Assembly (NCBI GenBank): GCA_021432655.1
Contig: MU271528.1
Location: forward strand, 1 to 41,140
DNA length: 41,140 nt
Origin: Atractiella rhizophila
Taxonomy: Eukaryota
Direction of reading: 5' to 3'
The position numbers were made by a program, and so were the translations under genes. This document shows positions 12,233 to 23,528 of the stretch, piece by piece (the first letter of the stretch is position 1; every line of letters starts with the position of its first letter). The notes beneath the pieces were generated by a model. The model saw only the letters and a program-made list of their open reading frames with translations. It ran no database searches and had not been told where the DNA came from.

Positions 12233-13858
12233 TCACTCAGATTCCTCCAGTTTCGCTTTGATCTCCTCCGTCAGCACACACTCTTGCATCGCCATCCTGG
12301 CATTCCTGATCTCTTCCTCATGCCACTCTCCAAAGAATAACACTACATCAAGGTTGTACCCCATCTCCATTCCACCAAACTTCTTCATGGCACTACTTAT
12401 ACGCTGATCCGCAAAGAACCAGCGGATGAAGTCTGGGAAATCGGATGAGTCCAGCCCACAGTACGCAACTTTGATCTTGTATATCGCCTTTGCATTTTTT
12501 AGCGTACTGAAGAGCCGTCGGGAAACGAGGTTTGAAGTCTCTTCGCCTCCGTCCAGATGAAGCCAGGTGAGCCGTGTGAGATACGATAAGTCGAGCGGAG
12601 TGGGTAGGATGGAGGTGTTTCCACTGGGGAAGAAGGGCGCTAGCTCGATTCTGAGATGGTCCAGAAGAAGTGGAAGAGGGCGGTCTGAGATGGTGGAAGG
12701 GAGGGGACATAGATTAGACAGAATCAAGGTGTCGAGGTTTTGCGGGAGGAAGAGCCGTTGGAGAGGGGGATACTTTTCAAGGTCTAAGTATTCGAGGGCA
12801 GGAGTTAATAGAAGACCTGGCGATACTGACGCCACCACTCCGTAAGCTCTGAGCCATCTGATCCTGTAACCCATCCTCCATGAAAAGTTCTCGACCTCCT
12901 CTTTCCTCCACTTTCTTGAACCCTCTCGAAAAGTTATGTTATACACATGTCTCAAACCTTCAACTGCACGCAAAATAGTCTCTGCCTCCTCTTCATTCCA
13001 AAATGCGCCGACGTCTACTGCCGTGACATTTGGTGACCCTCTGATGACCTCTTTCACCATCTCAACGCTAATATTTTCATCAAACCACAATTCATCCCAT
13101 AGACGCCCGGCCCCAGGATAGACTTTCAAGCGTTCATACGCCTGCTTAGCAGAAGCAGGTTCTCGCCAGAAAGGAACCGAGATGGCTCTCCATGCCCGGC
13201 ACACTTTAGATATGCTGGCGGTCTGGTAGACGGAACTGAATACGATAGAGAGAAGCTCCGCAGGCAGACGTGAGATTATGCATGGAATGACACTTGGAAG
13301 TGGGGGGACGGAGAGTTGGACGATCAACAACAGGTCGTCAGGGAGTGATGGGATGGATGACGATTTATCGTCGGTGATAGGGATGAAGCACGTTTCGTCT
13401 GTGGAGTATTCAGCCACGGGGGCGAAGATGGAATTGTGGCGAAGGAGAGGAAATGTGCATGTATACGGATCGGCATATGAATCTGAGTTGACAAATGATT
13501 TAGCCTCTCTTTCGACATATGAACCATGCCGTTCGACTCCAATAAATTTCACTGTGACCTTCTTCTTGTTGATGGTGATGAAAATGTTCGCCACACCATC
13601 CTTCTCCACCCCATTTTCGATTCGTTCAAGTGATAAATAAGACAGTTTCGAGGACATCTTCACAGGATCCAATTCCGTCAATTGTTGGGATAAGACAAAA
13701 GATATCCGGAGTGTGTGAATTGACGGCGACAGGCAAGACAAGAAAGATGGAAGAATGGAGAGGTAGAGAGCCTCGCAGCGATGCGAAGTAATGACATTCA
13801 CTTGTGCCAAAATTGATTCTTGATGGTCATGGCATAAGATAGACGTTTGCTGCTCCAT
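12233..13858 (-). CDS. F-box domain / LRR-like protein, intronless (probable start MSSKL near 13657)
   Basis: 541-aa ORF containing ISRLPAELLSIVFSSV...SKVCRAWRAIS F-box signature followed by LxxLxL repeats (LEYLDL, LDTLIL, LDHLRI, LTWLHL). Confidence 0.8.
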   Translation of the reverse strand: MEQQTSILCHDHQESILAQVNVITSHRCEALYLSILPSFLSCLSPSIHTLRISFVLSQQLTELDPVKMSSKLSYLSLERIENGVEKDGVANIFITINKKKVTVKFIGVERHGSYVEREAKSFVNSDSYADPYTCTFPLLRHNSIFAPVAEYSTDETCFIPITDDKSSSIPSLPDDLLLIVQLSVPPLPSVIPCIISRLPAELLSIVFSSVYQTASISKVCRAWRAISVPFWREPASAKQAYERLKVYPGAGRLWDELWFDENISVEMVKEVIRGSPNVTAVDVGAFWNEEEAETILRAVEGLRHVYNITFREGSRKWRKEEVENFSWRMGYRIRWLRAYGVVASVSPGLLLTPALEYLDLEKYPPLQRLFLPQNLDTLILSNLCPLPSTISDRPLPLLLDHLRIELAPFFPSGNTSILPTPLDLSYLTRLTWLHLDGGEETSNLVSRRLFSTLKNAKAIYKIKVAYCGLDSSDFPDFIRWFFADQRISSAMKKFGGMEMGYNLDVVLFFGEWHEEEIRNARMAMQECVLTEEIKAKLEESE

Positions 13859-15384
13859 TATTTCCTGAGAATAAACAGCAGACTATAGCCCACGATGTAA
13901 CTCAGCCGAAGAAGAAGTGAGTGAAGAGACCCAGCCTTGCCTGCTTGACGGCGTCACCCGACGAAATTTGCGGCATCGCAACCGTTCGAGGGGGATGAAC
14001 AGAAATTGAGATTGAGAGGCTGCCTGCGACGAACTATTCGTGAGAATTGTGATGCCAATGGACGGCTTCGTTGTTGGTGGATGAAAGTAAGTCGCGAGCC
14101 TTCATCTCGTTTGATAAGAAGGACTGGGGCCTAAAGGAGGATGCAGACAGAGTAGAGTTAGACACAAAGAATTAACCCTCAGTCAATGAATGAATGAAGA
14201 GATTGGAGGAAGGGTTGTGGGGAACGGACCTTGAACCCTTGTTGGACAAAGTTAAGCAAGGAAATTAGCTGTTGAAATGAAGTAGTGTGTACTTAAAATT
14301 TCGCAACGACTAGTCCAAATCGCTCTGGGGAGGCGAACATGATGAAAGCCGCCATAGGTCCCTCGGGGACTCTAGTGCAAAAGTCTACTCTTGCTTTCTG
14401 CGCCTGCGGAATAAAATGTGAAAAGAGTGGAGTTTCATGGAGAAGCGTTCGGAAAGATGGCCCTCATCAGCGACTTCCTTCGCTCAGCTCTTGTAGCATT
14501 TGAGTCCTACTACCGATCTCTGCAGCAGCTTGAAGGATGCCCACGTCGATACCAATTGCGTCGTGAGAGTAGTTTGGCCAAATCGGTGACAATTCTCTTC
14601 TTCCAACTTCTTTTCGGCGGACGTGGTGTGAAGATACGCTCGCACACTTTGTAGAGTTTATGTATGCTCCCAATAAACTGCCAATCTACATCGAAAAACT
14701 CATCAGTTCAACTCCGCCAATTGAAACAACGAACCTCGACCAGCCATGCAGCCCCATACGCATTGCAAGAATTGAAGGAAGATGGCGCACATCCCGGAGA
14801 AGAGAACGGTGAATGGTGAAGAGAAGCGCATGGCCATATTCAGAGCCTCACGGCTCTGAGTCCTTTGAATAATAACCCTATGCGAAATGTAGTAAAAAAA
14901 CTGTTGACATCGAACGTCGAACCGCGACCGTAGCAAATTGCTCAAGCATGCAGGATCAATCTCAACATCAACGTACATTAAAGTAAAGTAAGCGGTGAAT
15001 TCAGGGGAACCGTTCTTGTAGCAAAAGGAAAATTGTGACGCAAAGCAAGTAAAGAGAAGCTGCAGGAACCATTGTCGTTGAGGACTGGAATACAACAGCA
15101 ACTCACTGGAAATTGACTGGATTAATAAACACAAAAAAGGGGTTCGCGTTGAGGAACTTTACTGGAGCAATCCAGTTGTAAATGATATATTAAACGGGCT
15201 TATCGCATTAAGTTACTGCATAGCCTGTCCCATGAAATTGTTCAGATCGAGCGGAGAAGGAACCGTAAGGTGAAGGGAATGATGTATGGAGAATATGGAG
15301 AATACACCTTTTAACCGAAAGTAGTCTTCGGACAGCTGCTGGTTGCACATCTGTACCCTCTGTCGACTTGTGCGCAAAGAAGGC

Positions 15385-15606
15385 AGTGAGAAATGTACTT
15401 TCTACCACTTTGCTCTAACAATCTTGGATCGTTTATTCGTGAGTGCAAATGGTATACGAATATGTGATTTGGGAAAAAGAAAAGGAAAGAACAATACATC
15501 AAGCATACTTATTTGTCTTGACTAGCGGTGAAGTGCACATGTTTGGCACGGCATCCGGAACGCACTGCAAATAAAACATACATGTGGCATCCTCGGATCT
15601 CCAACA
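15385..15606 (-). repeat. 3' LTR (222 bp)
   Basis: Direct repeat of 20906-21129; follows the PPT; minus strand reads TGTTGG...TCTCACT. Confidence 0.95.
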
Positions 15607-15619
15607 CTCCCCCTCACTT
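15607..15619 (-). other. Polypurine tract
   Basis: Minus-strand AAGTGAGGGGAG immediately before the 3' LTR TG. Confidence 0.85.
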
Positions 15620-15694
15620 CGCCGCTCCGCTTCCCGCTTTAGTCGGTTTGCCGCTATCGCTTCCCGGTTTATTCGTTCCCATAACCCCCGTAGC

Positions 15695-18600
15695 TTATAC
15701 CGTCTCATTCGTGAGCCCCATGGTGGAACAGAAACGCCAGTGAGTCGACGCCGCCAATCCTTTTGTAAGTACATCGGCGGCTTGTTGACGAGTCGGTATC
15801 CACTGAAGAATAACAGTGCCATCGTCGACCTTCTCCCGCGTGAAATGGTAGTGTACAGCGATGTGTTTCGTTCGTGCATGTGCTGTCGGATGTGAAGCCA
15901 GCCGTATCGCCCCCTGATTATCACCCCGTATCAGTGTCGGCTGCACTTGCGGAAATCCCAGGTCGGAGAACAGCCTGCGCAGCCATACCGCCTCCCGAGT
16001 GGCAATGGACATGGCGATGTACTCGGCTTCCGTCGAGGAGACAGCACGCTTAACTGTCGTTTCGATATCCCATGAGATCGCCCCACCAGCATTCCGGAAG
16101 AGTACGCCAGAGACAGAGCGTCGCGTCGTAGGGTCCGCTGCATGGTCCGCATCGACGAACGCATCCAGTGATGGTTGCGGGAAGATGTATCCGTCGTATA
16201 CTAATCCGTGATCTAGACTGCCGGAGAGATAGCGAAAGATACGTTTGACTGCATGCCAGTGGTCTAGTCCCGGGTTATCGCAGTAACGCGCAACCTCGCA
16301 GACGGCGTAAGCGATATCAGGGCGAGTGCATGTCGTAAGGTAGATGAGTGCTCCAACGGCCGTCTCGGTAAGGTATATGTCGCATGCTTTCTCGTTCTTC
16401 AGCAGATTTGGGTGACATTTCGGGGGACAGTCGTTTGTTGGAGTCGCATGGCATCTGAACTGGCGATACGTTGTTCCCCAGGTATCGCTGCACTATTTTC
16501 CTAGCGTAGCCTCCTTGGTGTATCTTGACCATACTGGATCCATCTTCTGCCTCGATCTGGATTCCCAAGAACACGGATGCTGTTCCAGCCCTCAAGGAGA
16601 AGAATTCACCCAGTTTTTGAAAGATGGAGTCCATAAGGGCATGTGAGTTTCCAACGACTAATCCATCATCAACGTGGAGGCAGAGGATGAGGGTGTTGCC
16701 GTCCTCATGCAGAATATACACGCCTTCGTCCGCGGTAGACCGTACGAAACCCAACTGAGTAAGTACTCCATGAATCTTCTTCCACCATTGTCGCCCTGCC
16801 TGACACAACCCATAGAGCGCCTTCCTATTTCTAATCTCGTAAAGGCGTTAGATCGAGGGCGTTCCTAGCGTCGAGTGCCCTAGAGACACGAAGGTGGCTG
16901 TTTAACGAGTACTTGTTCTATTGAGATCGCCATTCTAGGATAGCATTGCTGTGGCTTTGAACTTGTCGCCGGACCCACCCCTTTTTGGGCTGAGATGGAC
17001 AGTACTGCTCTGACAGATGCAGTCCGCACGGTTGGTGCCCAAGTCTCCGTGTAGTCCAGGCCTGCCTTTTGCTGATCCCCTCGTACCACAAGGCGTGCTT
17101 TGTACTTTATCACCTCCCCTCTCGGGGTCACGCTTTACCGTAAGCACCCATTTAACTCCTAAAGCCTTTCTCCCCTCAGGCAACTCCTTCAATCCACCTT
17201 TCCACGTCCCCATTAACTCGAGCGCCGCCATCTCCGCCACCATCGCAGCTAACCACTTATCGCGGTCAGGTCCAGCGATTGCTTGTTTGAACGTTGGTTC
17301 ATCGATGCTGCCCGTCCAGTAGACTTCGTGGTCTTCATAATTGTTCGTATCGTCCTCAAGCGTAACCTTGTAGACTGATGGGTTTCGTTTCACTTCTGCC
17401 GCCAGTTCCCTTGCAGGTGCGACGACTTCATCATTTCCGTACACTTGAGCGTAGTATAGACCTCGCTCATGAAGTTTCTTGTAATCCCACCTATTCTGCC
17501 CTGCGCGACGTATTCCTCTCCCCAGCCGTTGTTGTCGTTGAGGGGAGAATCTCGCAATTTCTTCTTCGTGGGCCCTCGCCTTCCGTATGGATGCTTCGAT
17601 TTCCGCAACTCGATCTTGGACAAACGAGGGGTCCCCTTCTGGAGGTTCTAACGTGTCGGTGGTAACTGGTTCTCCCCCTTGTTCTACTGCCACTTGAGTT
17701 TTGTCTAAGTGCTTTCTTGACAGTGTAGGAGATTCCGGTGTGTCAGGTATCGCAGGACTTGATGTTCGAACATCGTCCACTTCCATCTCGGTTGTGTTTA
17801 TACGTTGTCCACCCAGCTCTCCCTCTATCCGCCCTTTCTCTCCCTCTTCCTTATCGCTCCGTGGTATCAGCATGTCAAAGAAATCGTCAGGCTCCAGGTT
17901 CCGTATTCTCTCTGTTTCTTGATAGCCTCTTTCTGAGTAGAACTTATTTTCGAAGAATCTAGCTGATTTGCCTTCTACTATCGTCCGCCTTGCGGGATCC
18001 CAGAATCGCCATCCGTAACCGTCAGGGACATATCCAACGAAATACATCAGCTTTGCTCGGGGTAATAGCTTCGAATCCCTTTGCTCAGGCATGATGGTAA
18101 CTGCAGCGAGACAACCAAATACCCTGATGTGCGTCATATCAGGCTTTCTTCCATGAAACTTTTCGTAGGGTGATTGATTTCTTTCGTTCGCTTTCGTAGG
18201 CATAATGTTCTTCATATGGACGGCAACTTTCAACGCCTCATACCAAAGGTACAAAGGGAGTCCGGAGTCGAGGAGGAGACATCGAACCATGTTGAAAAGA
18301 GTATACCATTGTCGCTCCCACATTCCGCCCTGATCGTGTGCATACGGCATGGTCTTCATGTTTGAAATCTGATGTTTGTCACACCAATTTTTCATTGCAA
18401 GCGACATGAATTCCATGGCTTGGTCGTGGCGTATCTTGCGGACGTCTACGTCAAGGTCCCTTTTGATAGCTGCTCTGACCCCGTCCAAGATTGATGGTGC
18501 CTCGGATTTGAGCTTCATTCCTCCTACAATCATATATCTGGACGCCTCATCGACGACGCCGAAAACGTATCGGAATCCCTGTATACTCGCAACTGTCGAT

Positions 18601-20862
18601 GGACCCCATGTATCGAATCCCAACGTCCTCCCTGGTCTATGATCTCTAATCTTCGCAGGTCCCTTACTCCTTCCGTACGTAGCTTTCCCTCTTGCACATG
18701 TCAAGCAATTGTCTAAAAGGGATGCATTGCAGCTATCCTTTACATGTGAGGGAGACACAATTTCATTTTTTAATCGCTAGTCGCAGTCGTTCGTTGCTGG
18801 GGTGTGCTAGACGTTGATGCCATATACGAAGAGGCACTGCGATAAAAGACGTATGAGGAACGGTCGTGTGTTCTTTGGAGAGGGGTGCTGAGGCAGGTAG
18901 ATAACTCGCCTGGAGTGTGATTAGGGTATCACCAATATGGGCGATCCCGAACCTTTCTCCATTTGAAACTGTGTAGATACACTCGTTCCGTATCGTTTCC
19001 GAAGACTACTCCATTTTGCATGAGAACTTTTGAGGAGATGAGATTGACGCCGAGTCCAGGAGCGTAGTAAACGTTTCGAATAATTCCCTTGCTCGTCTTC
19101 CCGTCCTCGAGGAAAAATATGATCTTAAGGTTTCCTTTTCCAACAGCATGTCCCCTAGATCTCCAGGCTCCACGGATCCCAATCGGTTTTTCCAAGACCT
19201 TGTAATCGTGGAGAAGCCATGGACAGACGGTTAAGTGAATCGACGCCGCGCTATCCAAATGGAAAGGTCTTGCTATGGTGTCGTTTGAGCTCTCTTCTTC
19301 TGTTTCCGTTAACAGAACTACGCCCTCCTTCTCTTGACTTTCGTCTTCCTCCTCCAGCGAGTAAGACCCTCCTTCATCCAAGGACACCATATAAGCTCCA
19401 AACTCTACAGGCTCCAAGCCACTGTCTTCATCCACTCCTACGAAATATGCACCACCCACTGCTTCATGCTCAGAGACCACTCCTGGTTGCTCAGAGTATG
19501 GTCTTCCAGTCGATGGATCTGTATCAGACGCACGGATCGGATTCGCGTGCTGTTCATCGGCGACTGTGGCAATGAATGCAGATGCTTCTTGTCGTGGGAG
19601 ATGAATGTCGTATTTCTTGAAGATTGCTGCAAGAGATGCCATTTGCTGTTTTCGATCGAGGCTGCAGTTCCGGCCATAGTGTCCCTCCTTTCCCGCAATG
19701 GTAACACTGGCGAGGACCCAGTCTAAACTGTCCTCTCTCGGTGGTTCCGTGAGGCCAATTTCCCCAGTTTTTGATGGATCTCGCGTTTGGGGCCATTCGA
19801 TTCAAAAGAGGGCGTTGTGATCGTTCCGTCCTCTTTTTATTCTCCCCACGATCGACCCCCGTAGACCTTGAACTGGAGGGCTGGCTTGAAATCCTTGACG
19901 CAAGATCACTTGACGGGAGGTTTCCAAATCCCTCGTTCTTTCCCATCCTTGCGAGGAGTGCTACGTTCGATTTTTCCCCCATCCCTTCCCTCCTCCCTGT
20001 TCTTCAGGGCTATTTCCTCCGCCGTAAGCCTATGGACGACGGACGCTAAGTCTGCTGGGTTCACCCCTGTGGACGACAGCCATCTTCTAGTTTCGTCCTT
20101 CAATCCGTTAACAAGGGTGTAGGAGAGTAAAGTGTCGTTGATCGTAAGGTCATCTTGAGACTCGTTGAAGATCCTCCTTCTCTCGTGCAGCTTCGCGATC
20201 CACTCGGTCAGAGGAAGCTCGCTCGATTCGTGAGTGTAATTTGAGAATTGCCGAAGGAGGTACGCTGTGTCTGTGTATTCCTTCGTTTCGTATTTGTCCT
20301 TAAGGATCTTCACGGCCTTGACGGGATCCACTTGGTCCTCGATGAATACTCTCGCTGTCTCTCCCACAGACTGCTTGAGTATCATCATAGCCACAGCAGC
20401 CATCCTCCTCCAATTCGAAAGTGCGCGAATAAACTCAGTGTTCTCCTCATCGGATGGAGTCTTCGTCTTCGGCGTTATTCCTTTTGCCATGTTTTCTTGC
20501 ATTTGGGTCACTGTCAACCCTTCTGCTGACAATGGGCTTATCGGTTCGGTCACGATACCGTCCAATAGTATCCCAACGTTGTTTGCATCGAGGATAGACT
20601 TTAGAGATCTGAAGAAGCGTGTGGAGTTTTGCAACGTGAGAGGAGGGATTTTCTCGTTTGCGACGATAGTTTGCACTGAGGCTGTGGGCATAGTGATCTC
20701 TGAAGCGACTTTTGCCGATGAGGAAACGGAGTAGGGCACTGTGAACGTTGAACCGAAGAGTGGAGGTGCGTCCTCAGTTCCTGGGGTGGAAACCCTTGTG
20801 CCGAAAGGATCCTGTCTTCCAGAGGTGGCCCCCGTGGGCGTGGTACTTCCTTCCGTAGCCAT
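15695..20862 (-). CDS. Copia Gag-Pol polyprotein, broken by several frameshifts in this assembly
   Basis: Gag from 20862; zinc knuckle CYHCGK.GHYGRNC (~19700); protease LDSAASIH; WHQRLAH and CLTC; integrase DTWGP/IRHDQAMEF; RT KARLVVRG, ALYGL, LHVDD; RNaseH FVDADHA, TEAEY, ADVLTKGL; stop at 15695. Confidence 0.93.
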
Positions 20863-20882
20863 TTCCGTATGGACGTTTTAGC

Positions 20883-20905
20883 GGATCGATCACCTCTCGC
20901 TACCA
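20883..20905 (-). other. Primer-binding site, complementary to an initiator-tRNA-Met-like 3' end
   Basis: Minus-strand TGGTAGCGAGAGGTGATCGATCC directly abutting the 5' LTR. Confidence 0.8.
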
Positions 20906-21129
20906 AGTGAGAAATGTACTTTCTACCACTTTGCACTAACAATCCCCAATCACTTATTAGTGAGTGCAAATGGTATATACGAATATGTGATTGGGGAAAA
21001 AGAAAAGGAAAGAAAAACACATCAAGCATACTTATAAGTCCGGACTAGCGGTGAAGTGCACATGTTTGGCACGGCATCCGGAACGCAATGCAAATAAAAC
21101 AAACAAGTGGCATCCACGGATCTCCAACA
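20906..21129 (-). repeat. 5' LTR (224 bp)
   Basis: About 91% identical to 15385-15606 by manual alignment; adjacent to the PBS; followed by the TSD. Confidence 0.95.
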
Positions 21130-21552
21130 AAGGCGCAAGGTTATCAAATGTTACGACCGCTCCTCTGGAACTTGGACTCGGATCGTTTAAACGGAAGCAT
21201 ACTGTTCAATTTCTTACGAACTGCGAACAAGAGCGCGACTAGCCCAATGGAGCTCGAGATCTTGTTTTCTTCTTCCGTGTTTGGAAGTGGTACTAATTGG
21301 ATGTTATCCACTCACGTCATCATAATGTGGAAGCATCGTCCTAACATAGTACTGAAGCTATCAGCCAAGGCCAGCTCGATCGCATATTTTGAGTCAGTGT
21401 GCAGCATCAGGCTGGCCAGGTTTGAGTGTATTCCATTCACCCATAGCTTTGCATTCTTATAATTTAATTATAAATGAACGACAGCCACCGAACTATGTCT
21501 GGTACCCACATCACGCCCAGAACCGCTAAATCACACAATAGTTTTCAGTTCT

Positions 21553-22589
21553 TCATGTCACTGTGAGGAAGCCAAGACTCACTCTATACCCTAACCCTTT
21601 ATCTTCATCGCTAACCACGTATAATTCTGCGCTGCTGCTCGCGGAGATACTTCCAGAACTACCCTTGGGGAAAAACACGAAGTCTCCCTCAACAGCAGCT
21701 GCCTTACTTAGACCAGAAGGGGTCACGGATACCGATCCTGACTTGACCCAAATGGCAGTATTGACTGGATTAGATTCCACCCCAATCTTCCCTCTGGAAG
21801 GAAGGGTGAGGAGCTTATGGACGTAGAGATCGGTCTGTGCCTTGCCCACAAGAGGGCTGGACATTCCAACGGATTCAGCGTCTGAGCTGACGAGACCATA
21901 GAATTCGGCTCCAGTGGGGGGAGATTGGTTGGTGGCTTCGCGCCATGAGCTGTCTGGAGTCACTGTCGTATTCAGAAACGTCGGTCCATCCAAAAAGTTC
22001 AGATCGTATTTCGCTCCAATTGCAGCTGCCTCCGCGAGTGAGGTGGCGGCAGCAAGGGCAGGGAGGAAGTCGTCCGTGTTTACAGAGGATAGGCGGAAGG
22101 AAGCGAGGAGTTCGGTGGAGGCAGAGCTGAAAGTGAAGCTATGGGCGTGGAGAGGCGGAACGAAGATGATGTCGCCTTTTTCAGCGTGGAGAGAAACCGT
22201 TTGGTTGACATCTGGGCTGTCTAGGCTCTCGGCATTGAAGTAGAAGTCCAGCGCGCCACTGGCAACAAAATGTGCCTGCAAGTATTTTTCTTTCAGGTGC
22301 AACGCATTGGAACTCTAAGGGGACAATTTACATCAGGGATGTGATGATAGTGTGCAGTGGCACTTGTTCCAACTCCTCCCACAATCGAGAAGATGGTCAA
22401 TCCCCCTGGTCCGCCGGTGTGCGCGACGGGAAGGAGCATGCGATAAGTGGTTCCGAAAATAATGTAGTCTTCCCCATCGCCGTTCTTCAGCCCGTAAGGG
22501 AGTGCGTCCGAGACGTTGAACGGTGAGGAGACGTAGAAATCCCGAGCGAAAACTATGGAAAGGAGAGAAAGGAGAGGAATGGAACGCAT
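21553..22589 (-). CDS. Secreted bicupin, quercetin 2,3-dioxygenase-like
   Basis: Signal peptide MRSIPLLSLLSIVFA; intron 22276-22331; cupin motifs AHYHHIPD|AHFVASG and GDIIFVPPLHAHSF; second cupin EGDFVFFPKG; TATA-like element at ~22636-22643; a further 3' intron near 21584 is likely, so the end is uncertain. Confidence 0.75.
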
Positions 22590-23528
22590 TTTGAGCAATG
22601 CCGATGATGAAAAGGACGCACTAACCTGCAGACACTTTTATATTCTAATAATGCAAAGGATGAGATCGAGGGAGCGCCGAGCGTGAGTGCCCTAGAGACA
22701 CGAAGGAGGCAAAAAGTACTCGGTATGATGAAACATCCTAGGATAGATCGTGTGCTTTGAACTTGCGCTCATAGCTCCTGAATCCTTGGACGCGCAAAAC
22801 TGGATGGAGATCGAGAGAACCGTCTTGAAAGGGTATGAGCTTGGATGATGCGATGATAAAGCTTAAGGTAGGGATAGATTCGAAACTCGAAGCTTGAATA
22901 ACATCGAAGAATCTGAGCTGTAGGCGTTTCGCGATCACAAGCGAAGATGAGATTCATGAGACACGGGACTCGGGAGGATTGATCGAGCATCCGGCCGACC
23001 AAGCCAGCCGACATTTCCTGCTCATGGACGTCTCGCTACTCAACAGCGCTTAGCTAGCATCAGGGTTGACTTTGCTCATTAGTGGAGAACTGTAGTGCCG
23101 TTCACTGAATGCTGCATAAACAACTTGAAGTGCGTTTGGATCCGAACTGAAACTTGAAAGTGATATCTTTGAAAACATATTGCTTTGCCTTGCAGTTGCC
23201 ATGACTGCGACCATTGTGACTGGAAGCACGTAGGCAAGATAGCTCTAGGATAAGGTATCAGTGTGCAACATACGATTCCTTGACCTGAACTTGACGAGGA
23301 GCCAAACAGTCAAACAACGAGCCTGGCAAGTCAAAGCAAAAGTTTTCGGTGCCAGAAAACGGTGGTCAGACGAAGGAGATATCAATTGCTAGAGGGTATG
23401 TGTTTCTACATTCTGATGAGGGGAACTAACACAGTCTTTATGTAGGAAAGGATGGGTTCGGCGAGCTTCTCTTTGAAGCCACGAGGTTATCTCTCGTTCG
23501 TCGACTCCTCCAATGCTTACATTGAACC

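Larger units (their letters stand above)
15385..21129 (-). mobile_element. Full-length Ty1/copia LTR retrotransposon
   Basis: Paired LTRs, 5-bp TSD AAGGC (15380-15384 and 21130-21134), PBS, PPT, domain order Gag-PR-INT-RT-RNaseH. Confidence 0.97.

Noticed and set aside
13900..15380. Short ORFs left of the copia as a gene disrupted by the insertion
   Set aside because: No recognisable motifs and no continuous frame across the reconstructed empty site
18760..19990. Programmed ribosomal frameshifting in copia gag-pol
   Set aside because: Too many shifts, including one inside the zinc knuckle; better explained as insertion errors
15385..21129. RIP-like mutation of the retrotransposon
   Set aside because: LTR differences are mostly transversions and the ORF lacks C-to-T nonsense accumulation
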